A DNA stretch of 64,000 nt from Negaprion brevirostris (Eukaryota), in contig JARDVH010000160.1 of NCBI GenBank assembly GCA_030324005.1, forward strand, positions 17,396,117 to 17,460,116, given 5' to 3'. Under the pieces are notes generated by a model. The model was given only the letters and a program-made list of their open reading frames with translations, did no database searches and was not told where the DNA came from. The position numbers were made by a program, and so were the translations under genes. This document shows, piece after piece, positions 51,216 to 64,000 of this stretch. How positions within the stretch are numbered: position 1 is the first letter of the stretch; each line of letters opens with the position of its first letter.

Positions 51216-52064
51216 TGTTCAGCATCAGGAACTAGATTTGAATCTGGTCAAGTCTAATGAGGTAAACAGCTTCTCTCTGCAAATAAAGTGTAAAGTATGA
51301 ATATGAATTTACAAGTATAAAAGATTATGTATAATCCCATTAAGAAATAAAAAAATCCTCTGATGATCACAAAATTGAGTTGTAGATTCCTGGTTGAGCA
51401 GGTTGTAAGAAGACCATGTTAATCATTGCAAACATGGTATTAGTGCAATTTGATAGCCCCAACCTGCCCATAAGTTAGCATTAAATTGGTAATCACACAG
51501 AGTGATCCAAAGAAATGAACATTTGCGCAGAGCCAGCAGGTGCTATTTTGTGTTGCAGTGAAGGCAGAGATGAGATAGTCCTGCTTTATAATTGGACTGT
51601 GCAATTTCTAGTTTGATGCTTATATTGCATGAAACAAAAAGGAATTTTGTATCCTTGAGCTAACAACCTCCACTTTGTTGAGCAGATTAACCCACTGATA
51701 TGTAAAAGAAAATTTTTGAAAAACCTCTTGCTTCTGTACAAAAAATATAATTTATCATTCTTTTTAGATGTTGTATTTGTTTATCCAAATAAAACTTAAT
51801 CAGTGATAGAGTCACAATTGCATTAAGACATTAGGCAATTGCATTAATTAGCTAAAATATTGTACCGAAAGAGATACTTGTTTTGATGTATACTTCATTT
51901 CTTTGAAGTACATTTGCTATTTTCGTGTCACCAAGCCACTAACGAGGGTTACCCCAAGACTCTGCCATCAATGCTTCAATCACAATGGGCAAAATCTTAT
52001 GTTCCCGTGGAAACAGGTTTTACGATGGGACAGGGAGGGATTTTGGAGGAGTCCAAATGTGTTT

Positions 52065-52240
52065 GGAGTCCAAAGATGTGCAGGTTAGGTTGATTGCCCC
52101 AAGGTGTGTAGGTGGAGGGGATTGGCGGGGGTAAATATGTGGGGTTACAGGGACAGGGCCTAGGTAAGATGCTCTATTGGAGAGGTCGGTGAAGACATTT
52201 TGGGCCGAATGGCCTCCTTCTACTCTGTAAGGATTTTATT
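52065..52240 (+). mobile_element. 5'-truncated HE1-type SINE
   Basis: gtccaaagatgtgcaggttagg...gggccgaatggcctccttct. Confidence 0.85.
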
Positions 52241-54637
52241 TCTGTATGTCAGACTAGCAGCCTGCCATGTTCCTGCCTTTGGGCACTCAGCCCAGAGGTG
52301 GGTCAGCCCAGCAAAGGTGACCCACTTGGCAGTGGAGCGTAACCAATTTACAAAAATGAAATATTAATCGGTGGGTTGATTGGGCATGTCACTAGGAAGC
52401 TGGGGCACCCATGCCCGCATTGAGGTGCTTGGAGGTGGCTTGCCAACAGCAGGCCTAGTGAGGCTTCCTTTTTAACTCCCTCAGTGGAGCCTCGGCCTTT
52501 GGTGGCATTCAGGTGTCACTGCTGGCCATCTTGTTGAGGCATTTTCCCTACACAGAGCAGACCTAGTAGCTGTGGCCACTGACGATCTTCAGTGGGTGCC
52601 TTATACTTCTCTGATAATGGCAGTCCCCTATGGAGACTGGTGATATTGCCATCCTTTCCACCTTCCTCAATTGGATTGTGGACCTGGAGGTGGTTTGTTA
52701 ATTGACTGCACCAAGCAGGTTCCCTGGCAGTCAGTGCAGAGTTAGGAGCCTGAAGTGGCCACTACTCACAATATTCTGAAAGCAGAAGATTCCACACACA
52801 CTGTCCTGGAATACTCTGTTGGTCAGTATGTCAACTTCTACTAGCCTTGATTATGGTCAATTTGCTGCCACAAACCTGTGCCAGATATAATCATGGCCTT
52901 TAAGTATTATCCATCAAATAACCCCATGAACCTGCAAGCAGGTTCATAAAACTCATAAAAAAATGAGATGCGGACAGAAAGTCATTACTTAATTATTCAT
53001 CTGAATCTCTGGATGGAGCTTTTGGCTGCCAGATCAAATTTCCTGAACAATTCCAAAATGTATTAATGTTGCGCCAACAATGTAAACGAAAAGAGATCAG
53101 TTAAGTGCTGCAGGATTCCCAAATGCCAGCACTCTTTCCACCTACTTGTACTCATCAAAGTGAGAGATATCAGTGCCGGGGGAAAGAAATCATTTTCCAC
53201 ATCAACAATGATACAGTTGGAGGACATGTGGGGATTTGTTGTGTGACTTAAACCTCAGGATTACAGCTGCAATTTCATGTGCCTGAGATTTCCGTGTCCA
53301 ACATAACCCTGTCAAGACAAATTTTAAACTATCTCGCACTAACCCCATGACTTCTCTATTCAGCTGTTTGTCAAAGTCTCCTCCAAGCAATTTAATGCCA
53401 TGCCAAAGTGGTCCACTTCTTAACCTAATAAGCAGAGGGCATCTTTATGTCGAATTGTTTGTGCATGTAACAAACATGAGAAAAATGGCAAATAACTGTA
53501 TTGCCAGTAAAAATAAAACTACTCCACTCAGTCATTCTTCGTGGCTCCTTATAACATCTTTAAGGTCCAGGAACAAGACCCCACTCACCCTTTTAATTGG
53601 GAAAGGGACCTTATCTATTCACTGCTACTTCAGATCTCACCCCCATCCAAAAACAAAATTCAGGCTACCAAATTTTATATATTTTTAATCCACGCTAACA
53701 GGTTTCCTGTGATTTCCACTTTGCACAGATAGTTGAATTTCCTGCAACTTGGCCTATGAGTCAGTTGGAAAATGTGCTTTCGGGGGATAGAAGCCATGTA
53801 ACAGAAGCTTGACTGCATATTGCCAATCAAGATAACAAGGCTCATAAATAGAGGGTGAATGGACAGAACAGATACTCAGCTCAATGAGAGCTGATTTTCT
53901 TTTACAACTTGATGCAGGAATTTACATCCAGGAATCGCACCATCTGAAGCCTGATGGACAAAGTGAGTGTGAGATGCAACATTGCTTTTGGGGAGTCAGA
54001 GAGCATGCTGTTTTATACAGTGCCAGCTTTGGTACTGATTTGTGGCGATTAAGTGACATCAAAACAGAATGGACACATACACCCAATCACATGGACCCAA
54101 CTAGGAAGTAAAATTGGCAGGGACTGTTCAGTATCATTAAACAGGCAAAAGCTGCCAGCATGACACATGCTGCTGATTTGATAGTTCACCTAATCAGGAG
54201 TGGGAAAATCAGGCCTCTCTGACACCATTTTGTGGCAACTACCATCTCTTGAAATGGAGGTGTTCTGTGGCTGAAGGCAAATTGCATCGAATTCAACTTG
54301 TGAAGTAGCAGGCCCCTCAGCTTTCGGATAACAGTGGAGGTATTGGTGGAAATGGTGGCAGAGGAGTTATTTAAGAACCCATTTCCCAGAGCTGCCCTCC
54401 AGTCACTGTAGAACATTTCAGTGTTTTTGATCTGATTGCCGCACTGTCCATTTTTCTATTACGGCCTCACTTCTCAGCCATTCTTCACACACCAACATTA
54501 CTAATATACCTTGACGTCCTTTGTCCTCAAAACATCTTTCTAGCCTGCACCCAACATTCTCCATTCTTTCTTGCAGCAGAAGCTAGCAAGCACTAATAGG
54601 GTGACAGGAGGAGAAGGGCAGCCTACATTTACACCTT

Positions 54638-54896
54638 GTGTTTAGTTACTATGAAAATCCCCTAGTCGCCACACTCTGGCATCTGTTCAGGTACACTAAG
54701 GGAGAATTGAGCGTGGCCAATGCTAAATTCCATGCCAGCGTGTCTTTTGTATCATGGGAGAAAACCGGAGCACCAAGAAGAAACCGTGCAGACATGAGAA
54801 GAACGTGCAGATTCTGCACAGTCAGTGACCCAATCCGGAATTCAAAACCGGATCTCTGGCTGTGTGAGGCATTAGTGCTAACCACTGTGCCACCCC
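54638..54896 (-). mobile_element. V-SINE with HE1-like head but a different 3' tail
   Basis: Head gctgtgtgaggcattagtgctaaccactgtgccaccc on the plus strand. The tail atgaaaatcccctagtcgccacac differs from the CR1-like tail of the other copies. Confidence 0.8.
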
Positions 54897-55190
54897 TAGT
54901 TGAGGCAGAAGTCAGAGGGATTTTGAAGCTGGATCCTGCCGGGGGTACCGTGGGGCTCTTGGCCAATAGTTCTCTTTACTACCTCCATTGACATTTCATT
55001 CTCACACTCTCCGCACAAAATGTAGCTTCTTCCAGCAGCCACTCACCTTTCACTGCTTACCTCTCACATTAAATGTTAAACTTTGCTCCTCACTTTCAGG
55101 TGCAGGAGCAGTGGGGCAATCTTGCACTTGCATTAGTTGTGAGTGCAAACTGTGACATGGGTGTGAGGTCTCATGAGAATTGGAAAACAA

Positions 55191-55574
55191 GGGTCGGAAT
55201 TCTCCCAAAATAATTCCAAGCGTCGAATTCACGAAAAACTGGAGTAATTCATGCTTTTCAGTGTGAGTTCAGACGAGAATCTCACACACTCTGCACTGCA
55301 GAGGCCACCAGCACAAATCATTATAAATTAGTGCCTGATGCTCAGTGGGCAGTGCCAAGGTATCTCCTAGGCATGTGCTTTGCTCCTTGGGCAGTGCCAG
55401 GGTGCCCATGGCCTTACAAGGGCACCAGCCCACACCACCCGATCCACTGGGAGACCTTCACTTCAGCAGGCTTATCCTGAAACTTCCCCGAAAACGGGAG
55501 CTAGCGTAAATCCTGCTAGAATGAAACACTCTGGCAGGGTGGGAGAGGCCAGCGGGCCCAGAGAATTCAGTCCC
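55191..55574. mobile_element. Non-autonomous TIR element, followed by further TIR-element fragments to about 56270
   Basis: Left end gggtcggaattctc versus right end gagaattcagtccc. A second right end gggagaatcaccccc lies at about 55782-55796. Confidence 0.7.
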
Positions 55575-58500
55575 AGGCCTGCTAATTACGTTTAAATTAT
55601 ATTAAAAACAGAATAAAATGACTTAACTGTTCTTCCCGCCAGTTTCCAGCGCAGATCTGACAGCGCCAGAAATCCAGTCCTGGGAGATGTACTTGTGGCG
55701 GGAACGCAAGCACCAATCCCACACACGCTCATCCGCAGTTTCTCCCACCCCCGCTGCGCTAGAAAATTAGCATGGCGGGGTGGGAGAATCACCCCCAAAG
55801 TTTGCGCTGGCGAGATCTCATTTTTTGATTTTCCCCTCTTCTCTCGCCAATGTATAACAAGATTCCTGACCTCATTTAAATGCATTTCAATGTAATTAGT
55901 GGGTTACACCGCCATATGCTTCCCCGCCCCAACACTTAGAATTCCCCGCTTTCTGACATGATGGCACATTGGCAAAATTTACAACTGCTTTTTACAAATG
56001 TGAAGCAGTCAAAAGGTGCAGCTGGGGGCAGAAAGGGGCAGAAAGAAAGAGATCTATCCGCCACTGCCCCTGGCAATGCCCCCCTGGCACTGATCTCTGT
56101 GCAGCTGACATTGCCACCTCAATCAGGCACTGCCTTGCCAGTGAAGACCATGCTTCCAGATTTTCTGTGCACAGATTGCCATAAAATCTGGAGAGAAAAC
56201 GGCTCTGCAGCTGGAAAGCTGCACGCTGGTTTTCTCAGCTCAGCGCTTCATGCACAGAGTGCGAAATTACACATAGTGGTTAATGAGCTTGAGCACAGCA
56301 GTACCGATGAAGACCCAATGCCATTTGTTTTACTAGAGCAAGTGACAGCTCAGAGGTTGGCATCCTCTATGGTTTGGAGGATGGACTGGATAGGACTTTA
56401 CACAGATACTAACTCAGCACAAATGCACAGGGAGATAAGATGGCCCTGTAGGGAAAGAGCTCAAAATCGCACCTTAGCCCTGCTGCAGAGATGAAGATCT
56501 TGAGGATGCAGTTTACAGAATGTGGCTTTAAATCCAGGATTACCAAGAGGCATTGGTTGGATGGGATAGACTTAAGGCACTGATTTCCATATTAAAAAGG
56601 GGCTAGTTGGCTGAAACATTTTCGATGCTTAGCAGTGAACTATTTTCAAAATTGAGCCAGCCATAATTGTCAATGTTAAACAGAGGTAAAGTCTACCGAC
56701 CACATTTTGAGGCTGTCACTGCCACTGATGCAGAGTAAAGGTGAGTAGATGTTGGAAACAATAACAAAGCATCTTGCTGGCATTCACTGCTGGGTTGCTT
56801 GAAGAAAAGCCACACTGGTCAGTGATTGGTGCCTGTGGAACTGTACCCCGCCAAAAAGGAAATGCTACCAGAAGAGAGGATTGCTATAAAAGGAGCGAGT
56901 GGAAAAATGATCTGTTTGAAAGTGGCATGTTAACCACATAGTGTTGGATTCACTGACAATGTGATCTATAATATCAATCACACCTTTATAGTATTTTAAA
57001 ACTATATCGTTTAATAAAATTTTAGACTATTTTTGTATCATTTATTTTGCTGGACCATTTGCGGTCACAGTTTGCTTGTTAATTTATGTCAGGGAATCTT
57101 TACTACAAAAGGAAGTCAAATTTGGACGTATATGTGTAAAGAGTCCAGAGGTTCCAGCCAACTGTCATGCATTGTTCTATAGATATCTCCCAAAGAGGAC
57201 AATGGCAAGTGTAAATATATTTTTGCAGTTAACCTTTCCTTTTTAGAGAACATTCAGACATAATTACCACCCTGTACATGGCTCCTGTAGTAAAGAAGTA
57301 AAATTGAGCAGATAAAACGTACTGAACAGAAAGCATGCAAGTATCATCTGTTTCACATGCACAGTTTGAAAATAAATCCCGTGCTATAAACAGGCTACTT
57401 TCACTGTAGGAGGCAAATTTATAGAGCCACTTTCAAATATGTTTTTACATGGCATTTACACCATTACTTTGGCTTGTGTCAGAATTGTCGGAGAGGAGAG
57501 CATCCATTTGTTTGGCTATTATTCAGGGGATGGCGCTGTCCAGTCTCCTTAATATTTATTTCATTACATAATGTGGATGGTCTGTTAGTTAATCTGATGG
57601 ATAGATTGGTCATGCTTTCACAGGAGTGCACAGTCTTTCAGCAAGGTTGAAAAATGGTTCTTGCATAACATGGAATATAAAGATAATGTCATACATTGTG
57701 ACGTGGGCTTTGTTTGAATAATGGTTTCCGGTGCCATCCTTGAAATCTATGCCTTGTCCGTAAGGTAGATCACATGCTTTTATGATTCAAAAAGACAAAG
57801 TCTTTTTTCCTTTCAGCAAACCCATTAATCACAGACAACTTTATGATGCGTTTATTCACTTTATGCAATATCACCTCATCAGTTCAAAATAATTCCACTG
57901 CATTTCTTTGACAGCTCCTAACAATTTGCTGCAATGCGAAGTTAATGACGGTTAGTAAATGGTTTACACTGCATCTAACAACAGAGATATTTATCTACAA
58001 TGGGCTTCACCATGCTGACAGAGGGGGGGAGGAATGGCAGGATTAGGGGAAATGCTTAGGAACAATCACATTGAGCGACTCAGAAGACAAATGCAACAAC
58101 GTTTGACTAGCGGAAGCATGCATTGCCTTAGCAGATGTGACTTTAAAGGGGAATACTTGAACTTTCAACAATGCAAAGATTCTCTTTAAGTGATTTTTCT
58201 TTTCCCTTGTCTGGTGGTAGCAGTAAAGATGATAGTCCAAGTGGATCAAAAGTGAGTTATGTCATGAAAAACGGAGGCACTTCGAAGTAATATAAACAGA
58301 GGAAAACCTGTTTGTAACCATCTGAAATACTTCCAGTCAGAATGAAAAAAAAGCAGTGTTTTCCCAAGATTTGCTGGTACTTAATTCGATAGCATAGTGG
58401 CAGTGCGTAACAGTCCTGCAAAATTACTGCCAATTCTCCATGCCATCAGGGACTGAAGGTTAATTGTTCAAAGATCTCATCAAAAATGCAGCATCATTTA

Positions 58501-60708
58501 TGTTGTGTAATTTGTACTCGGAGGTTGGTCTCGGATTTAAAGCAGGTGCATTTTCATGATGACATATTCACTAAAAATCTAGCACTTCGAACCCCAGTGT
58601 AAAGAATAATCTATATGAACGCTTCACGTTGTAGATCATGTAGTGTAATGTTAAATGGTAGGATGATTTAAAAAAAATAGATGTTTGTGATTGGGGAAAG
58701 ATTTCCTTTTTTTGGTAACTGAGTGCTGGTAGATTTCATGCTGTGTTTTCTTGAAAATATCACCAGTTTTCCAAATGTTATTAATGGTAACATTTGGCTG
58801 TCAGCATTGGCACACAATTTCGATGAGTGCCCACTGACCACTGTAGAATCTGACAGCACAGAAAAAAAGGCCATTTGACCCATTGTGTACCTGCCAGTTC
58901 TTTGAAAACTCTCCAATTAAGCCCACGCCAATGTCCCAAAGTCAGATTTAAACCAAATAGGAAATGAGATGTGCACAATGGGGCAAGGGTTACAGGCATT
59001 TATTTTCTGTGTGACTGCCCCTGACCTTCCAACCTGCCAAACATGCTGATGGTGGCTTCAATTTGTTCTTGATGTTGCCCAGGACCTGAAGCTGAACACT
59101 TCCCCCTGTGAGTGAAATGCCTGACCACAAGGACAGGTAAAATGGTTAAACAAGGAAGGGGAAAAAAATGGAGAGGAACACTGACCAATTTGAGGTCCAC
59201 CATGATTAGAGGGAGCCTTTGGCAACCCTGTTGTGGTCTGTGGTGAAACCTGTGACTTGCATTCTATGCCCAGTAACAGGAAATTGAATAGGGCAGAGAT
59301 GATATCAGTCAGAAATTAAGGAAACATCACATGAAAGCAAAGAAACAATGAAAGTTGAAAGCAAAAATGAAAAATGATGGCAAGCAGAGAACGTTCCAAG
59401 TACTGTATTCCCCTTTAAAGGAAAAATGAGTTTAAAAGCCCCACCTGCTGCACCCCCCGCCTTTCAGACATGGATTCAACCCTTACCTATTGAGGTGTTG
59501 AGGACCTGGTCACAACAACACTGCCGTGATAGCTGAGATTAATCAAAAACAAAGCAGTTAAGACTCTGAATGATCCATTTAATTGGAAGAATATTCATTA
59601 AACGAATGAAGACATTCAGATACATGAGCAGGATGCTCAATAATGCCAGTGGGTTCCGTGTTTACTGCACCTGACATCAATGAAAATGGAACAGAATCTT
59701 GAACAGAACGAAAAGACACTTTCACGTCAGTTTAAGAAAACAATACGTAGTTCTCAAGCACAATGACAAGACATGATAATTTTACCTGCAACTCACTCGA
59801 AAAAGAGTTCACAGAGAAAAGAGAAAAAAAAAATGGGACACTTAAGCAGTGATTGAGGCAGCCTTGGGTTATAACGTTTCAAGATTGATGCATGTCAACC
59901 TTCAAACTCATATTATCACACCCTGATCGATTGTACCCGGTTGAGTGGAGACCTGAGCTATGAGTCCTGGAGTTCGTCTTATGGCAAAGGCCTAATTCAA
60001 CTCAGCAATAGTGAACCAAAGAATTCAGGTTGACATTTCCTTCTTATCTAAAGGAGAGAAGATATGTCAAAACTCTGTATGTAGGTGAAGTCACAATCTT
60101 AAAGGCACAGTATCCTGCTGTAGTCCTTCCAGGGTCATATGCAATACAACACATAGCTTGCTTTAGTTTATAAAGGTCTCTGATAAAGTTCTAAGAATAG
60201 TTAACATTTTGTCTTTTTTTTAATCATTTTTCAGCTAGGCCTTCCTAATAAATTGGTACTTGCAAAAATGTTCATAATTGGCAACTGCTCATCAATGCAA
60301 CTGAATTCCCTTCACACCTTTAAGGAGTAAAAAAAAAGACCCTGGGTCAGATGGACAGAAGAAGCAAAACATCATTTCCTACATTAGTCTGACAATATCG
60401 TTANNNNNNNNNNNNNNNNNNNNNNNNNNNNNNNNNNNNNNNNNNNNNNNNNNNNNNNNNNNNNNNNNNNNNNNNNNNNNNNNNNNNNNNNNNNNNNNNN
60501 NNNCCTACATTAGTCTGAAAATATCGTTATTCCATCGTACTGTCTGCCAGCCTTTCCAGCTATGGCACGTGTGAGCCTTTCAGGTTTCTCCTTGTCTATG
60601 CTTGTGAGGTCAGTGTCAATAATAAGAAAATGTCGCAGACAGTTTTTCCATTTGGGTTGGAGGTCACTAAGAAATGAATAAGGCACATCCAGCATTTACT
60701 TCACTTAC

Positions 60709-60760
60709 AGGTTTTTAACAGATGTATGAGACACAAGGCGGTCGCTCTGACTCTCCTGAC
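60709..60760 (-). CDS. Internal coding exon (52 nt, phase 1 to 2) of the unidentified gene
   Basis: Acceptor tctccattcaag|G and donor CCT|gtaagt. It reads xQESQSDRLVSHTSVKNL and joins in frame to 39299-39420. Confidence 0.6.
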
Positions 60761-61153
60761 CTTGAATGGAGAGCATTTCAACCATTTCTCAATGACGCAC
60801 GATTTAGAGAAAAGTCATGGCCCTAGAAGAATTTATTTTATAATTGGTGGGCACCACCCAGGACTTCTTTGCCCACACGTTTTCCTTCCTCGATGCTAAA
60901 GTTTGGCTTTCTAAGTTAAGCTCACTACTCCCCAGGTGTTTTAACATCTGAAATAATGGTAAAGGCAGCTATAGGCATACAGTGGTCATGTATGTAGCAA
61001 ATGGGAACAAGTCTAAATATCATACCCAAGTGTAAAGGTTTAATGTATCTGGCGTACCATCCTCTCTGTTAAGAATAAATAATAGCTGCTTATGGGAGAT
61101 AGCTATAAAAATAAATACTTAATGACGAATTGGCTTAATCGACTTAATCAGCT

Positions 61154-61283
61154 TTGATGAAGGATCATCCAGACTTGAAATGTTGGCTCTATTCTCTCTC
61201 CACTGATGCTGTCAAACCTGCTGAGATCTTCCAGCACTTTTTGTTTTTGTTTCAGATTCCAGCATCTGCAATATTTTGCATTT
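61154..61283 (+). mobile_element. Penelope-derived pLTR with a degenerate hammerhead
   Basis: tTGATGA-aggatcatccagactt-GAAA-tgtt, then ctctctccactgatgctgtcaaacctgctgagatcttccagc. Confidence 0.8.
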
Positions 61284-62604
61284 ATACTCAATGGTTAAAT
61301 CAGTGTTCAGGGCAAGTTAAGCTGACATTAGTAGAACTTCAATATTTACACCAGTAAATTGAGGGTGTAAGGCAAATACTAACCTATTTAAGACTAATTA
61401 CTGTTTATGTAGTTTAGACTTGGGACCACCTTCAAAAAATCAAATACTCAAACCAAAATTCCCATTGTACCAAGAGCAAATCTCTCAAACTAGCTGGAAG
61501 GAGCCCTGATAACCTGTGCTGAATATTTTGGCTCCTGATGTTATATTTTCCAGGGGTCTACCCCATCTGAATTGGTATTAGTGATTCGCAATGAGCATAA
61601 ATCTTTTTGCCGCTTCTCAGAAGCCTTCTAAGATACAGAAACGACTGATAAAGATGTCGCTCTTTTGCCGGCGAGGGAATTTATTCATTTATATTAGCTG
61701 TGCCTTAAAATTGAAGAGAAATGTTTGACGGTCTCAGTGTACATTGCTTGCTCCTAATTCAAGGAAAAGCAAGTTGCTATAATATAGGAAGTGTGTGTGT
61801 ACACAGCAAATATGCACAGAAAGCAGGGACACAATAATCATACACAGCATTACAGCAAACCTCAGACCAGCCAGCACCACAAGACCAACAGTTCCACTAA
61901 CATCAAGCTTCATGTAGATATGAAGTAGCTATTTTGGGAATAAGGACATGTCCATTGCGCACATGGCTACAGTTCAGTGTAGAGTTGGGACAATTTTCCA
62001 CTCAATTCATTAGGAAGGTGAGTGAAAATCTAATTTCTTTTACTTTGGCAGTGAGCAAAGAAGGCAGTTCAATTTCATCCCAAATAATGACAATCTTGCT
62101 ATGTCTAATTTATCACTGTTAAATGTCAAAGTAAACATTCTGTGGGTAAGAAATACCAATGTGATATACACATTGGATAACAAATTGTTATGGATGATAG
62201 CACTGTTTGATCTGTGAGATCACTGTCAGTTCTTTACATAACATTTAAAACAATAAATTTTAATGTACAGTCCGTGAAGTTGTGTGATAAGGAGACAGAA
62301 TGAGAGCTCTTGCATTGATAGGTTTGTCATGCTAATGTCTGTCAACCTTCACCGAATAAATTAAGCACTTCAATAGCTTTGTTTCTTCTCCAAGTGAGAA
62401 ACAGCCCGGATTCTGGCCAGGACAGACATCAACCCTTACCGGAGATGCGGAGAATTCAGACCCAGAGTCATCTCTGGTGTTAATTTCAATCACCTAATTA
62501 GGTTGGAGACGAATTTCCCAGATTTTTGTTCTCCCAGAATTAGCTTGAGTATTTTTTTGGTCTCTCCCAGGAGGTCACATGCTTTCAAGTGGGGTGGAGA
62601 CATT

Positions 62605-62853
62605 GGGAGGAATTTTCCTGTCCCGCCCCTCACCACAGGAATTGTAGTCAGTGGGACACGAATGATGCAAAGGTCTATTGAACTCGGGTGGAATTTTCTG
62701 GGGGCAAGTGTGGCCAGAAAATCCTATCCCCTGGGTGGGATTCTGTGCCGGTCATGCCAGTGGGATTCTCTAGTGAACAGAGATTTGACTGAGCTCCAAA
62801 TTCTCCATATCCTCTGGCAATGGTGGTGCAGTGAGTGGCTGGAGAATCCTGGC
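62605..62853. mobile_element. Two adjacent MITEs (20806 family then 11599 family)
   Basis: gggaggaattttcc...gaaaatcctatccc, then gggtgggattct...ggagaatcctggcc. Confidence 0.7.
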
Positions 62854-63037
62854 CTGTTTGTCTCTCAAGGTGCCACAATTGTGGGAGAATCACTATTGAA
62901 AACACAGTGGATCCCCAAGTATAGGCTAAAAGACAATGCATGAACAAACTACATTTGATTATGATTATTACTTTTTATTCTTTCAAGGGATTCGGGCATT
63001 GCCTAATTGCCCTTGTGAAGCACAAGAGTCAACCAGA

Positions 63038-63102
63038 AGACCATAAGACATAGGAGCAGAATTAGGCAGCTGTCCATTGAGTCTGCTCTGCCATTCAATC
63101 AT
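63038..63102 (-). mobile_element. CR1 LINE extreme 3' end running into a gap
   Basis: agaccataagacataggagcagaattaggc...gccattcaatcat. Confidence 0.75.
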
Positions 63103-63202
63103 NNNNNNNNNNNNNNNNNNNNNNNNNNNNNNNNNNNNNNNNNNNNNNNNNNNNNNNNNNNNNNNNNNNNNNNNNNNNNNNNNNNNNNNNNNNNNNNNNN
63201 NN

Positions 63203-64000
63203 CGACAGAAAGAACCTCCCACTCGGGGTCCCCCGGCCCCATTGTTGTGTCGGCAAAGATCACAAAGAAATTTACCGTTTAGGATTCTGTTCCTCGTAAA
63301 AAGCGCCTTTTGCCGAAATAAAAGTTGGCGAATAGATAATAGTCAATGTTAGACAAACTCCTCGGAAACGGGCACAGGAAACAAAATAAGCTCCAAATAT
63401 ATATTAAAAAACTTTTACCGAACCACATTTCCCGTAGCCTTGCTAAATATAAATATGTATCCATGCACATCGATTCGTAAACAAACTTGGAAGTTATAAA
63501 CAGCCGTGGCTCCGGCGTTGTCATTCGACGCAGTACTTTTTATACACAGTTAAAGTTAGAGTTATACTAATGCATGAATAACCATTTATTTATGCATTGA
63601 TATTTACTTACATAGTTAATTTAACAATTGTTTATCGATGATTATACCTTCCATATTACGATACATCGATTGGTTATAATATAGTTGTAATTCAATGGTC
63701 TGTAATAATAATCTGGCAAACGTGAGTTTAAATCCCACAATAGCAGTTGATGAATTTCAGTTAATTAAACAAATCGAAAATAAAAATCTAGCATCGCCAA
63801 TGGTGATATGAAAGCAAAATACTGTAGATGCTGGAAATCTAGGGGGAAAAAACGCTGGACAGACAGCATCCGTGCAGAGAAACAAAATTAAGGGACGAAT
63901 CTTCTGATTCCGTCAACCGACTTACTGTGGCGAGGCCAAAAATCAGTTTCCCAGCTTTGGGATAACCTGTCAGAATCCTGTTCTCATAAAGGCGGGTCAA
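63203..64000. promoter_or_regulatory. CpG-retaining (probably unmethylated) region; candidate regulatory element or CpG-island edge
   Basis: CpG is visibly far more frequent than in the rest of the window even though the DNA is AT-rich and largely non-repetitive. Confidence 0.55.

Noticed and set aside
55061-55149. Possible minus-strand exon LHSQLMQVQDCPTAPAPESEEQSLTFNVR with a good donor
   Set aside because: The acceptor is weak, and its phase-1 end would put a stop in exon 39299-39420.
55958-56494. 178-aa plus-strand ORF
   Set aside because: It overlaps GC-rich TIR-element relics and has no domain motifs or splice signals.
60378-60529. 26-bp direct repeat on both sides of the 60404-60502 gap
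   Set aside because: One mismatch and direct gap adjacency indicate overlapping contig ends or allelic haplotypes rather than a biological repeat.
60510-60695. 61-aa minus-strand ORF MLDVPYSFLSDL...
   Set aside because: It starts just inside the intron after the 60709 donor, and has no recognisable domain or splice support.
1-64000. Prokaryote-type systems (CRISPR arrays, operons, rRNA or true tRNA genes)
   Set aside because: There are no regularly spaced repeats or dense ORFs, and all tRNA-like A/B boxes belong to SINE heads.

Overview
This is eukaryotic vertebrate DNA, most likely from a shark (elasmobranch). That call is an inference from the repeat content: HE1/V-SINE-type SINEs, CR1 LINE tails, a DeuSINE and Penelope-derived pLTRs. 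The draft scaffold has 12 N-gaps. Most ORFs in the supplied track are noise or decayed transposon frames. One protein-coding gene is supported on the minus strand by three phase-compatible 3' exons (60709-60760, 39299-39420, 26263-26489). They encode about 133 aa ending in the class-I PDZ-ligand-like tail QATRL*, and I do not recognise the gene. A second minus-strand gene may start near 3.9 kb. The introns and intergenic DNA hold a decayed Mag-type Gypsy element with both LTRs (46555-51215), a solo LTR nested in a MITE, CR1 and Rex1 LINE fragments, a Penelope GIY-YIG relic, many SINEs and more than 15 short TIR elements. The best leads are: Penelope-derived hammerhead-ribozyme cassettes (two with intact catalytic cores, one in an inverted pair); a G-U-rich cloverleaf at 33147-33289; candidate alternative exons that would remodel the PDZ tail; and a CpG-retaining region at the right edge. 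I find no evidence of a wholly new multi-gene system. Repeat boundaries are by eye and approximate.
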